Positions 12,960-22,965 of a stretch of DNA of 64,000 nt are shown piece by piece (positions within the stretch are counted from its first letter, which is position 1; each line of letters begins with the position of its first letter). The notes beneath the pieces were generated by a model that was not told the origin of the DNA, did no database searches, and saw only the letters and a list, made by a program, of their open reading frames with translations. Source of the stretch: Tubiluchus corallicola (lineage: Eukaryota; Animalia; Priapulida); assembly GCA_030141605.1 (NCBI GenBank), contig JAQGDQ010001003.1:1-64000 (forward strand), written 5' to 3'. Position numbers and translations under genes: made by a program.

Positions 12960-13540
12960 TCTGTTTTCAAGGAGAAATTCCTGTTAAAAGTTGAGACTAC
13001 CTTAAATTGTCTTTGGCTGATCGGCCTCGGATATATAAATTGTGAATTAGTGTGTATGTTGTCGTACTGCTGTAATGGTATTTCATATCTGGTTAATATT
13101 AGTGATTTTAATTTTGCTTTAAATGCTGATGGGGACCTGATTTGTTTAACCTGTAATGGCAGAGAATTCCAAAGTAAAATTGCTTGTTTGATTACAGAGT
13201 TCGTTCCATAGTGGGTGTTTGTCCTAATTTGTTTTAGATTGCTTGTTCTGAAATTGACGTTAAGATTTGGAAAAAAGCTAAATCTGTTATTTTGAAACTG
13301 TTTACTGTATGTAATGTTGTTAATGTATTTAAATATAATGAGCAGAGTAAAATATTCCTTGTGTGCTTCAATGATTAGAAGTTTTAAAGGTTTTCTGAGG
13401 TTAGTTGTTGAAGCTTTGAGCGGTTGTAAATGGAATTAATTTGATTAATTGATTAGTCTCCCATCACTATTGTAGTAGTCATTTAATGTTGAGCTAAATG
13501 AAATTAGTGATGTATGATTACTGCAAGGAAGAAGAAATTT
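12960..13540 (-). mobile_element. Decayed LINE ORF2 C-terminal remnant (CR1/L2 group)
   Basis: Minus-strand translation IRTNTHYGTNSVIKQAILLWNSLPLQVKQIRSPSAFKAKLKSLILTRY has the LWNxLP...FK..LK post-RT signature. Confidence 0.7.
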
Positions 13541-13542
13541 GA

Positions 13543-14722
13543 TCTAATCTGATCTAATCTAATCTAATTAATCTAATCTAATCTAATCTAGTCTAGTCTA
13601 GTCTAGTCTAGTCTAGTCTAGTCTAGTCTAGTCCAGTCCAGTCCAGTCCAGTCTAGTCCAGTCCAGTCCAGTCCAGTCCAGTCCAGTCCAGTCCAGTCCA
13701 ATCCAATCCAATCCAATCCGTTCTTCTCTTATCTTATCTCATCTCATCTCATCTCACCTCACCTGACCTGACCTGACCTCACCTCACCTTGGCTCATCTT
13801 ACCTTACCTTACCTTACCTTACCTTACCATACCATACCTTACCATACCTTACCTTACCTTACCTTACCTTACCTTACCTTACCTTACCTTACCTTACCTT
13901 ACCTTACCTTACCTTACCTTACCTTACCATGGCTCATCTTACCTTACCTTACCTTACCGTACCTTACCTTACCTTACCTTACCTTACCTTACCTTACCTT
14001 ACCTTACCTTACCTTACCATGGCTCATCTTACCTTACCTTACCTTACCTTACCTTACCTTACCTTACCTTACCTTACCGTACCTTACCTTACCTTACCTT
14101 ACCTTACCTTACCTTACCATGCCTTGCCTTGCCTTGCCTTGCCTTGCCTTGCCTTGCCTTGCCTTGCCTTGCCTTGCCTTGCCTTGCCTTGCCTTGCCTT
14201 GCCTTGCCTTGCCTTGTCTTATCTTGCCTTGTCTCAGCTTACCTCACTTTACCTTACCTTACCTTATCTTACCTTTTCTTGCCTTGTCTTGTCTTGCCTC
14301 GCCTTACCTTACCTCCTTACCTTACCTTACCTTACCTTACCTTACCTTGCCTTGCCTTACCGTGCCTTACCGTACCTTACCTTACCTTACCTTACCTTAC
14401 TTTACCGTACCATACCTTACCTTACCTTACCTTACTGTACCTTACCGTACCTTACCTTACCTTACCTTATTGTACCGTACCGTACCTTACCTTACCTTAC
14501 CTTATCTCACCTTACCTTACCTTACCTTACCTTACCTTACCTTACCTTACCTTACCTTACCTTACCTTACCTTACCTTACCTCACCTCACCTCACCTCAC
14601 CTCACCTCACCTCACCTCACCTCACCTCACCTCACCTCACCTCACCTCACCTCACCTCACCTCACCTGACCTGACCTGACCTGACCTGACCTGACCTTAC
14701 CTTATCTTATCTTATCTTATCT
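13543..14722. repeat. Compound pentanucleotide microsatellite (ATCTA/GTCTA/GTCCA/ACCTT/GCCTT/ACCTC/ACCTG)
   Basis: Seen directly; source of the LTLPY ORFs. Confidence 0.97.
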
Positions 14723-14742
14723 GTAAATTATTTATCTTTCAG

Positions 14743-14857
14743 TTGTCCAAATGTCTGGATGATCTTCTGGAATTTCTCTGTACAGAAACATCTGTGGATG
14801 ACGTGCCCAGTTCAGAAGCTGCAGTTTTGGCCCTCAATACTAAAAGCAGCACGGCTC
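14743..14857 (+). CDS. SESTD1: SESTD1-like exon (LSKCLDDLLEFLC...KSSTA), phase 0 to 1; not in the ORF track
   Basis: tatctttcAG / GTaagt; resembles recalled LSQQLDGLLGMLC. Confidence 0.88.
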
Positions 14858-15172
14858 GTAAGTATCTGAATTTCAGAATACTTGGCCCCAGTTACAAAGT
14901 TCGATGACCAAATTTAATGGAAAACCCAAGTGCCGCAGAAAGTTAAACTTATTTTAATATTTGAGAAAATCATATCATGTGTACCTAGTATTTTAAGGTA
15001 TGATTCTATGGATTAAAGCTTTGTAAGTGCTCGAAAGTTTTTGCTAATTGAATCAGTGACTAATTTTTACATAAACGCAGTTAAACACAAATATTCAGTC
15101 AGCTAGAGTGAAATGCGGAAATTTTGTTACAAGTGCCTTCGTGCTGTCCACTAGCTTATGTCATTTCTTTCC

Positions 15173-15798
15173 GTGCTTGCATAGAAAAATCGTCCATAAG
15201 TCAGCAACTAAGCCTTTCTAGTTCACATATCCTGAATCTCCATTTCATGAGGATCGTTTTGATACCAAGTTCATCGTTCTATGTTATTTCTAAGCTGAGA
15301 TAATCCACGTTGAAATTGAGGTGCAGGCTGTGTGCTGAAAAACATAATCTTGAGAAAATAACTGTTAAAGTCAGCCATTGTTTTTTGTCGAGTCTCCACA
15401 AAATACTTATTAACCATACAAATGTTGGTTGCTACGGACTTTGCAAGAACAAATTGAAGTTATGTTTATATCCAGTAGATGGCTCTTCCTGATGAAGATC
15501 TGGGCTTGGCAACAGAAAGAACCCGAATCAAAAAGGGCTGCTATTGAAGTACAATACAAGTTTTTTACTATTGCAGTACTAGTTTCTGGACACAGAAAGT
15601 GGGTACAGGATTATAAAAGTAGATTTTTAGTGTTTTTTTAACGTTTTCCTGATTGGGTGCTAGATTATAAAAGTCCAATTTGTTTTTATCAAAAACAAAA
15701 AAATGGCATTTGATCAAATTTTTGATGCTTTCTACTTTCAAGCATCATAACATAGTTTTAACTAAGCCGACTTATGGACGGTTTTGGTTTGCAAGCAC
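15173..15798. mobile_element. MITE with GTGCTTGCA termini, copy 2
   Basis: gtgcttgcatagaaaaatcgtccataagtc ... gacttatggacggttttggtttgcaagcac. Confidence 0.78.
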
Positions 15799-15924
15799 AC
15801 ATTTTATTCATTATTAATGTCACTAAATATTTTACCAAATCAATTTAGAGACGTAATTATGTTATCCATTGATTTCACCTGCTGACTGTTTACAATTTGA
15901 ACATCAAGATGAATTCATTTTCAG

Positions 15925-16034
15925 AAAGCATGGCTGAGAAAGTGTTTACGGAGGGTCAGGCATTGCTTGCAATGATGTGCGCTCCGGTGTACAACGTGTT
16001 CAGACAGGATATCACCCCTGATTATCTAAAACAG
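15925..16034 (+). CDS. SESTD1: SESTD1-like exon (QSMAEKVFTEGQALL...QDITPDYLKQ), phase 1 to 0
   Basis: cattttcAG / GTgaaa; phase fits both neighbours; EGQALL...DIT resembles recalled KGQGLL...KDVT. Confidence 0.88.
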
Positions 16035-16102
16035 GTGAAACATGCGAAAGTCTTTTTACTCTGGTCTTTTTCTTGTAATTTTTGTCCATCTGATTCACAA
16101 CT

Positions 16103-16731
16103 GAATGTCTTTATCGGTCCTACCGAATGTCTTTATCGGTCCTACCAAAAGTCTGTATCGGTCCTTCCGAATGTCTTGATTGGTCCTACCGAATGTCTTT
16201 ATCGGTTATTGGTCCTACCGAATGTCTTTATCTGCCCTACAAAATGTCTTTGTCGGTCCTACCAAATGTCTTTGTTGGCTCTACTAAGTGTCTTTATCTG
16301 CCGTACCGAATGTCCTTATCTGCCTTACCAAATGTCTTTGTTGGTCCTACCGAATGTCTGTATCGGCTCTACCAAATGTCTTTATCTGCCCTACCGAATG
16401 CCTTTATCTGCCCTACCAAATGTCTTTGTCGGTCCTATCAAATGTCTTTGTTGGCTGTACTAAGTGTCTTTATCTGCCGTACCGAATGTCCTTATCTGCC
16501 CTACCAAATGTCTTTGTTGGTCCTACCGAATGTCTTTATCTGCCCTACCAAATGTCTTTGTCGGTCCTACCAAATGTCTTTGTTGGTCCTACCAAGTGTC
16601 TTTATCTGCCCTACCGAATGTCCTTATCTGCCCTACCAAATGTCTTTGTTGGTCCTACCGAATGTCCTTATCTGCCCTACCAAATGTCTTTATCTGCCGT
16701 ACAGAATGTCCTTATCTGCCCTACTAAATGT
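16103..16731. repeat. About 22-bp minisatellite, same family as 10551-11190
   Basis: cctacc(a/g)aatgtcttt(a/g)tc units. Confidence 0.95.
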
Positions 16732-16967
16732 CAGCCCTGTGCCACTCCTGTTGCATTTTTTCTTTACATCATCTAAGACACGTGAGAACATCTGTGGAAG
16801 TGTATAACGTGTTGTAGCGGGTGATTGGTACCCAGAGTTCAGCGCTATTGTGGTTACTTAGTAAATAGCTTAGTGTCTTTGGCTGTTTGCCATATTGAGA
16901 AAAGAGTAGATAAGTACCCGGCCTGCCTCGCCTGCAGCTTGCCTGAGATTTGTATTGTCTTTCACAG

Positions 16968-17099
16968 ATAGAACACGTGGAAATAATATTGTCCGACCTC
17001 GGCGAGCGGAAGCAGCGATGCGACGAGTTAGCTGACGGCAGAAAGCTGAAACTGCAACAGATACTGCAGCTGCGGACTTCAGAGCGGGATGCTAATCAG
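16968..17099 (+). CDS. SESTD1: SESTD1-like exon (IEHVEIILSDLGERKQRCDELADGRKLKLQQILQLRTSERDANQ)
   Basis: ctttcacAG / GTgaga; strong match to recalled [29 protein letters not shown]. Confidence 0.93.
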
Positions 17100-18176
17100 G
17101 TGAGAAAGTAGCGTTACTCTACCTGACGACGTCAGGATAGTGTTATTCTGGTAAACGATGCGTAATCAACTCTGTAACTCATTTCAAGGTGTGCAGCAGG
17201 TGTCATCGTTTACTGAATTTGAAAAACTAAACGTCGATGATGATGATGTATGGTTAATTAAACTAAAATGACATCAACACCACGCACAAACAACAAAAAG
17301 AGACAAATAACTGCAAATCGTACAATCTACAATGGCACATGTACAAAATTACCACCAGAGGAAAAGGCTCGTCACGTGAGGCACCGGGAAAGAGTCAGAT
17401 TTCAGTTTCTACTCACTATGTCTTCAAACTCTACTGGCGGGGATCCAGTCACTGCCCAACCCTAGATGTTAAACTGACACACATAACACATAATACAGAG
17501 CACACACAGTACATCAACGTAAATGAACTGCAACAATGACAAAAAAGAGGAGCTTCTTAAGAGCCATTAAATCATTATTATCAGCGACCAATCTTGCGAT
17601 TGCATTTCTAAATAAATTGCATTTCTAAGTTTTGCAAGTGATATCACTAGTTTTTTGTGTCATTTTGATGCACCCACTTAAAGCATAAGAAAACCCTCCA
17701 CTTACATAAGTCATTCCAGCAGGTAAGTGAAATGGTTAGTAATATTGTGGGAGATTTAAAATTAAAACAAACGAAAATTCCTTTCAATGCAAATACGATA
17801 TGTGCATAAAACTACTGTAAAGTTGTTTAATTTTTTAAGGAGATTTTTCTGAAACCTACTTCAGGTGCCCCTTTTCTTGCCCTTTAAGCAAAGACATGGC
17901 TTTTATTTAGACAGAAAAATCTGCAACAGTTTGACCAGTTATGGTTATGTTCATGCAAAAATCCAGCTAAATAAAAATACAAAAATACAAAAATCAACAT
18001 TGTTGCAAGCAAGCAAACAAGACAAATACTAAATCGTAAACTTACAGATCGCGTGATATAAAGACAAATGACAGATAAAACAAAGCTCACGTTACTCCAT
18101 TGTGTAACAAAAATTGTGTTGGGGGAACATGACTTTGTTTCCGTTTTAGTAAAACCATCATATTGAACAATTTTAG

Positions 18177-18299
18177 GCAATTGCCTGGCTGTGGGAACTC
18201 TGTGAGGTGATAGCCACCACTCACCGTCAGATCGGGAGAAGTGCTGCCGAAGTCGACGCGTTAAAACAGGAGCATTTTAAATTTCAAGAAACTGCTAAA
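18177..18299 (+). CDS. SESTD1: SESTD1-like exon (AIAWLWELCEVIATTHRQIGRSAAEVDALKQEHFKFQETAK), 123 bp
   Basis: ttttAG / GTaagt; matches recalled AVEWLSEL...THIRLG...EKHRKFVDVAQ. Confidence 0.92.
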
Positions 18300-19476
18300 G
18301 TAAGTGCTTTACCTACAACTTACTTAGCCCTCAGAATTTACTAATAAATTTTGCAGGTTTCACCGTCTTGTTTTAGAGTTTGATGAAAAATTAACGATAC
18401 ATTTCAAAAAGAGATACAATGTGGCACAATTGAATCCCGAATCGCGATTCAAATCGTGATGCTACAGGTTTATCCACATCCTTTAAGTTAAGGCGTTTAA
18501 ACTGAAAGAGATGTCTTAGGTGTTCAGGTGTGATCGAATCTCACGTCGGACGTAAAAAACTACAATCAACACATTGAATGAAACTGTCCAGAGCGAATAC
18601 TTAACTCAGTAACCACCCATTCATTCACTGGCTAGTCTCAGTGTCACTTAACTTCTATCACTAGTTATTGTTGGTGTTTAGCTGCTTCTGGTAGCCGTTG
18701 GTTATTTTACTCCGTTAGTCTGTTACTTTTTATTAGCAAGTGTAACTACGTCTGTGTGTTTTAAACGAAAGGACAAGTCACTTAGTGTGTTCTGTTTCAT
18801 TCATTATTATCACTTAAACTTAGAAAGATATAATAAAGAAATTTGCAAAAACTGTCTATGAAGCATAAAGCTAATTTTTAGGCTCAAACATTGCCACCAT
18901 TCCATTGAAAATCATGACGTAACTGGGAGACTTCGTGATTTTTCGTAAGCGCGTCGTGGCATTCCGTAAACACGCACTGCTTAAACTAATTCACACTTCT
19001 GCAGCTTACCTAAAGTTCGTGCACAATTAGCTATCTAATTTTTTTTGTAAAAACTTGTTGCACTTTTGACACAAATTGAGAGTGCGGTTGCCTTTCTTCA
19101 GTCGATGAATGCTGTCATTGGTGCAAACGTGGACACTCAACATGCGAGCGCCTAAGCGTGAAATGATTGTAACTTTAAAGTAATTTTACTAATTACACGA
19201 GGCGCTTATGACACTTTTATTACTAAATCCTTTCAGCATGAACATTGAAATAAGCCTAACTTCTCTGAAGACTTAGCTTTTTAATGGCGCATAGACGTCG
19301 TCTAGGACTGAATCATTTTTTAATAATTTTACTAATTACACGACGTGTTTATGACACTTTTATTACTAAATCCTTTCAACATAAACATTGAAATGAGCCT
19401 AACTTCTCTGAAGACTTGGCTTTTTAACGGTGCAACGATGTCGTCTATGACTGAGTCGTTATTTAATCATTTGTAG

Positions 19477-19662
19477 AGCACTTATCATTACGGCAAGAAG
19501 TTAGTGGATGCGGCAGCCATGTTGAGAAAGTCTTGCCGACAGTCGTCAAAATCTGATTTAAAGCAGGAACTGCACAGCGTCTGGAAAAAGTTCTGTGCCG
19601 GAGCCACTGAGCGCACGGCCCGACTCTTGGTTGCCTACGTGTTTCACAGTCATTCCGATAAG
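19477..19662 (+). CDS. SESTD1: SESTD1-like exon (STYHYGKKL...VFHSHSDK)
   Basis: tttgtAG / GTaggt; matches recalled STYDYGRQL...VWKQF...FHSNAEK. Confidence 0.92.
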
Positions 19663-19784
19663 GTAGGTGTAGAAACTCACGGTGCATCCAAACTAGCTGT
19701 GCCGGCGCCACTGAGCGCACAGCCCGCCTCTTGGTTGCCTACGTGTTTCACAGTCATTCCGATAAGGTAGGTATAGAAACTCAT

Positions 19785-19913
19785 GGCGTATCCAAATTAG
19801 CGAGTATTCTGTCGCGCGTTTTTGCTCTGATCAGCAAACTCTCAAGTGTGAACTGTTTGCGAGTTACTTGGTGAGCCAACTTGGTGAGAAAACTCCCTAG
19901 TCTGAACACACCA
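19785..19913. mobile_element. Short degenerate PIF/Harbinger-like MITE related to 38376-38619
   Basis: Ends ggcgtatccaaattagcgag ... ctagtctgaacacacc; shares aaactc.caagtgtgaactg with the 38.4-kb copy. Confidence 0.5.
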
Positions 19914-20162
19914 TTAGTGAAGTTCATTTTTCTAATGTTACTTGATGAGTTCCTGTAGATTTTGGAATGTTTTGAATTAGCTTTAAATTATTTTTCAGAT
20001 TAAAAATTGCTCTAAAACATAATCAAGAAATCAAGTGGGTTATTTTTACCACTCTGTAAGCACTTTGTTTAAACATAATTTATTATAGGATTGGATCAGA
20101 CAGTTTGAACAACATGATTTAGGATCCTCACCACAACAGACTTTATACACTATTTACAAAAA

Positions 20163-20385
20163 ACATTTACAATAAGAATAGACTATAACTACACAAGCTG
20201 ACAAGTTTTACTACAAGAATACATTAGACATTAGTAACATTTACAGTAATAATAGACTATAACTACCTAAGCTGACAAGTTTTACTGCAAGATTACATTA
20301 GACATTAGTAACATTTACAGTAAGAATAGACTATAATTACATAAGCTGACAAGTTTTACTGTAAGATTACATTAGACATTAGTAG
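20163..20385. repeat. Three tandem copies of an about 75-bp unit
   Basis: acatttaca.taagaatagactataa...aagctgacaagttttact...acattagacattagta repeated three times. Confidence 0.9.
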
Positions 20386-20423
20386 AAAATGACGGTTAGA
20401 AAACATTAATGTACGAATATTTA

Positions 20424-20559
20424 AGACTGATGCATTTCACATCAGATAGACACTACTGGAAGTGTTTAGTACATAATATAAAGTCATGTATGCATTGGAC
20501 TTTATATTACATACTAAACGCTTCCAGTAGTGTCTATCTGATATGAAATGCATCAGTCT
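20424..20559. repeat. 136-bp hairpin (62-bp arms, 12-nt loop)
   Basis: agactgatgcatttca...aaagtc pairs with gacttt...tgaaatgcatcagtct with 4 mismatches. Confidence 0.93.
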
Positions 20560-20806
20560 CTGTAAGCCACTTACATAGAAACTGCGGGGAAAAGCTGGAT
20601 AGTGTGTTAGTAATGTCTGTGTGAAATGACATAATATTAGGAAGCCAGATAAAACAGAAGTAGATTAAGTGTTTTGCTACAGGAAGCCACTTTCTGGCAT
20701 CGGCGAGTCATACATTCGTCTGTAATTGTAATCTATTATGAAATAAACATTAGTAAAATAACACATGTAGTTCATTTCATTTAATCATAACTGTGCCCTT
20801 AAGGAA

Positions 20807-21040
20807 TTACATACATTATGCTATTGCTTCTACTAAGCTTAAAATTATTACATACATTATGCTATTACTTATACTAAGCTTAAAAATTATTAATTACATA
20901 CATTATGCTATTACTTATACTAAGCTTAAAAATTATTACATACATTATGCTATTACTTATACTAAGCTTAAAAAAACAACAACAACAACAACAAAAAATT
21001 ACATACATTATGCTATTGCTTCTACTAAGCTTAAGAATTA
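20807..21040. repeat. About 42-45-bp tandem repeat (tacatacattatgctatt...actaagcttaa), 5 units
   Basis: Seen directly. Confidence 0.9.
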
Positions 21041-21106
21041 AATGAATCACTTCCAGAATTTGGTGGAACCCAAAATTTGGCATCCTAGGCAACTGCCTAC
21101 TTTTCT

Positions 21107-21560
21107 TTAAAGCAATACGGGACCCAATCTTAAACTGTAGGTCAAAACATTCTACTCTGTAACATATTGAAAGGGAAACATTATTACTGTTTTTTCAAAA
21201 ACGACTTACGTGAAAGAAGTATTATCGCACGCACGCACGCACGCATGCACGCACACACAAACACAATTTTAAGTTCTCACCAATTGTTCTTCGCTGTTAC
21301 GTGCATTTCACCGTTCGCTAGTTAGACGGGCACTAGCACCTACATTTCGGAAACGCATTGCACAAAAACAGGAGGTGCTGCACCTCTCAGTTCAGATGTG
21401 TTAGTTTGTGATGAACTACACGCGTTCAACAGCTCTTGCATGAGTACAGTGGAAAATTTGAAATCGAACTTTTATCTTAAAATTTGTCTAGTTTTAGTGC
21501 AACACTCTCATGGAATATTTTTGCTGTTGCAAATTATGTTAGTTTGTGATGTCATAATTA
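21107..21560. mobile_element. TTAA-ended element, family K2 (inverted partial copy)
   Basis: TTAAagcaa...gacccaatcttaaactgtag is the reverse complement of the right end at 38130-38165 and 52930-52964. Confidence 0.6.
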
Positions 21561-21729
21561 GCTGGGCTCACCCACCTGTAATTAAATTTTTAATAACTTA
21601 TTTAATTATCAGAAATGCTTTTGCAGTATTAATTGTGTTAAAATGTATACTTTTTATTGTACGTGAAAATGGGGTAGCAATATGAAAAATCATCCCGTCT
21701 TTCATAACAATTTCTTCGTTTAATTTCAG

Positions 21730-21923
21730 CTTCGCACTGCAATCGATCATCTCTTGCATTTGATCAAGATTCAGACACGGGGTCTGCCGTTCAGCGTCGT
21801 CTGCGCCATCGTTCACGAGTACACGCTGACCAAAGACCGTCTCTTGCATCAGCTCATGGAGACCGTGCGGATGGGCGTGGCAGTGCGGAAGAGGCTGGAG
21901 GTCAAGATATATGATGACTTTAG
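21730..21923 (+). CDS. SESTD1: SESTD1-like exon (LRTAIDHLL...MGVAVRKRLEVKIYDDF), phase 0 to 2
   Basis: taatttcAG / GTaacc; open frame; phases bridge exon 19477 and the giant exon; MGVAVRKRLEV resembles recalled VGKSLLDRLTV. Confidence 0.8.
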
Positions 21924-22002
21924 GTAACCGCAGCATCCTAGCATTGTTTCGTTTCTTTTTCAGCTTCAAAAGAAGAAGCTAAAGCAATAAATTAAATATT
22001 AC

Positions 22003-22581
22003 TTGAAGTACAAGAAAACCCTCCACTTACATAAAGCTTAAGAAATTTGTCTCGAAATTTTGTACCACTTATGTACTGCCTTTTCGTACACATGGCTTGC
22101 ATCAGTCAATAAAACGCTGAATAAAACGTGTAAATTTAAACTCCCGCAATCACAGTTAGGCGCAGCCACTTTAATGGTAGGTCGTTTGAAACAAGTTTGT
22201 TTTGAAACAAGGCTAGTGAGTGGCGCATCCTGGAGGGTGAGTCAGCGACATTTTACCAATTGGCACAAACATTTTAAATTATTATTTCTAGTTACATAAG
22301 TCTTTCCAGAAGGTAAGTGAAATACTAAGTAATATAGATTTGCACAGAAAGTTTTTCGGGTCATAATTTAACATTGCCTTTTCTTCACCTGATTTACGTG
22401 TTTTAATGACATCATGTAATGGCGCCGTCGGAACAGTATTGCGGGAGATTTAAAATGAAAACAAACAAAAATTCCTTTCAATGCGAATACGACATGTGCA
22501 TAAAATTGCTGTAAAGTAGTATAATTTTTTAAGACGATTTTTCTGAAACCTACTTCAGGTGCCCCTTTTCTTGTCTTTTAA
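22003..22581. mobile_element. Family K1 TTAA element copy
   Basis: Aligns with 2385-3056 (shared peptide-level match SQRHFTNWHKHFKLL); ends ttcttgtcttTTAA. Confidence 0.7.
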
Positions 22582-22965
22582 GATATTATGCTAGTACAGT
22601 AAACTACGTAAAACTCGAACTCTTCGGGTCCTGAAAATTTGTGCGAGTTACGCGAGGGTACGAGTTAGACAACGTTCGTACGAAAACAAGATTGAGTCGC
22701 TCGTCAGTGTAGGACAATACACTGCAGCGTGTGAAAACTGAGCCTTTAATCAAATATTAAACAACAATATTTATGAATAATGAAAAATAAAATGACCGTT
22801 CTACTGCTATTGTAGTCTAATATGGAAATTATCAGTGATGTATTTAATGCTGTACAGTACATAATAAACAGGTAAAAAAATTTCCATGGAGTTTTTTGTA
22901 GTTTAATCCAGTGTCTTAGCAGTGCTTTACTGATGCTTGATGGACATTTTGTTTTTTATTCACAG

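Noticed and set aside
10435-16807. Long ORFs with CLYLPY/MSLSALP and LTLPY repeats
   Set aside because: Products of the 22-bp and 5-bp tandem arrays; only the short spliced exons are real coding sequence.
8435-21923. Assignment to Trio/Kalirin or spectrin
   Set aside because: Motifs such as RKQRC..., STY.YG..L and VWK.F, and the adjacent CCDC141 N-terminus, fit SESTD1 better; no GEF domain is seen in the window.
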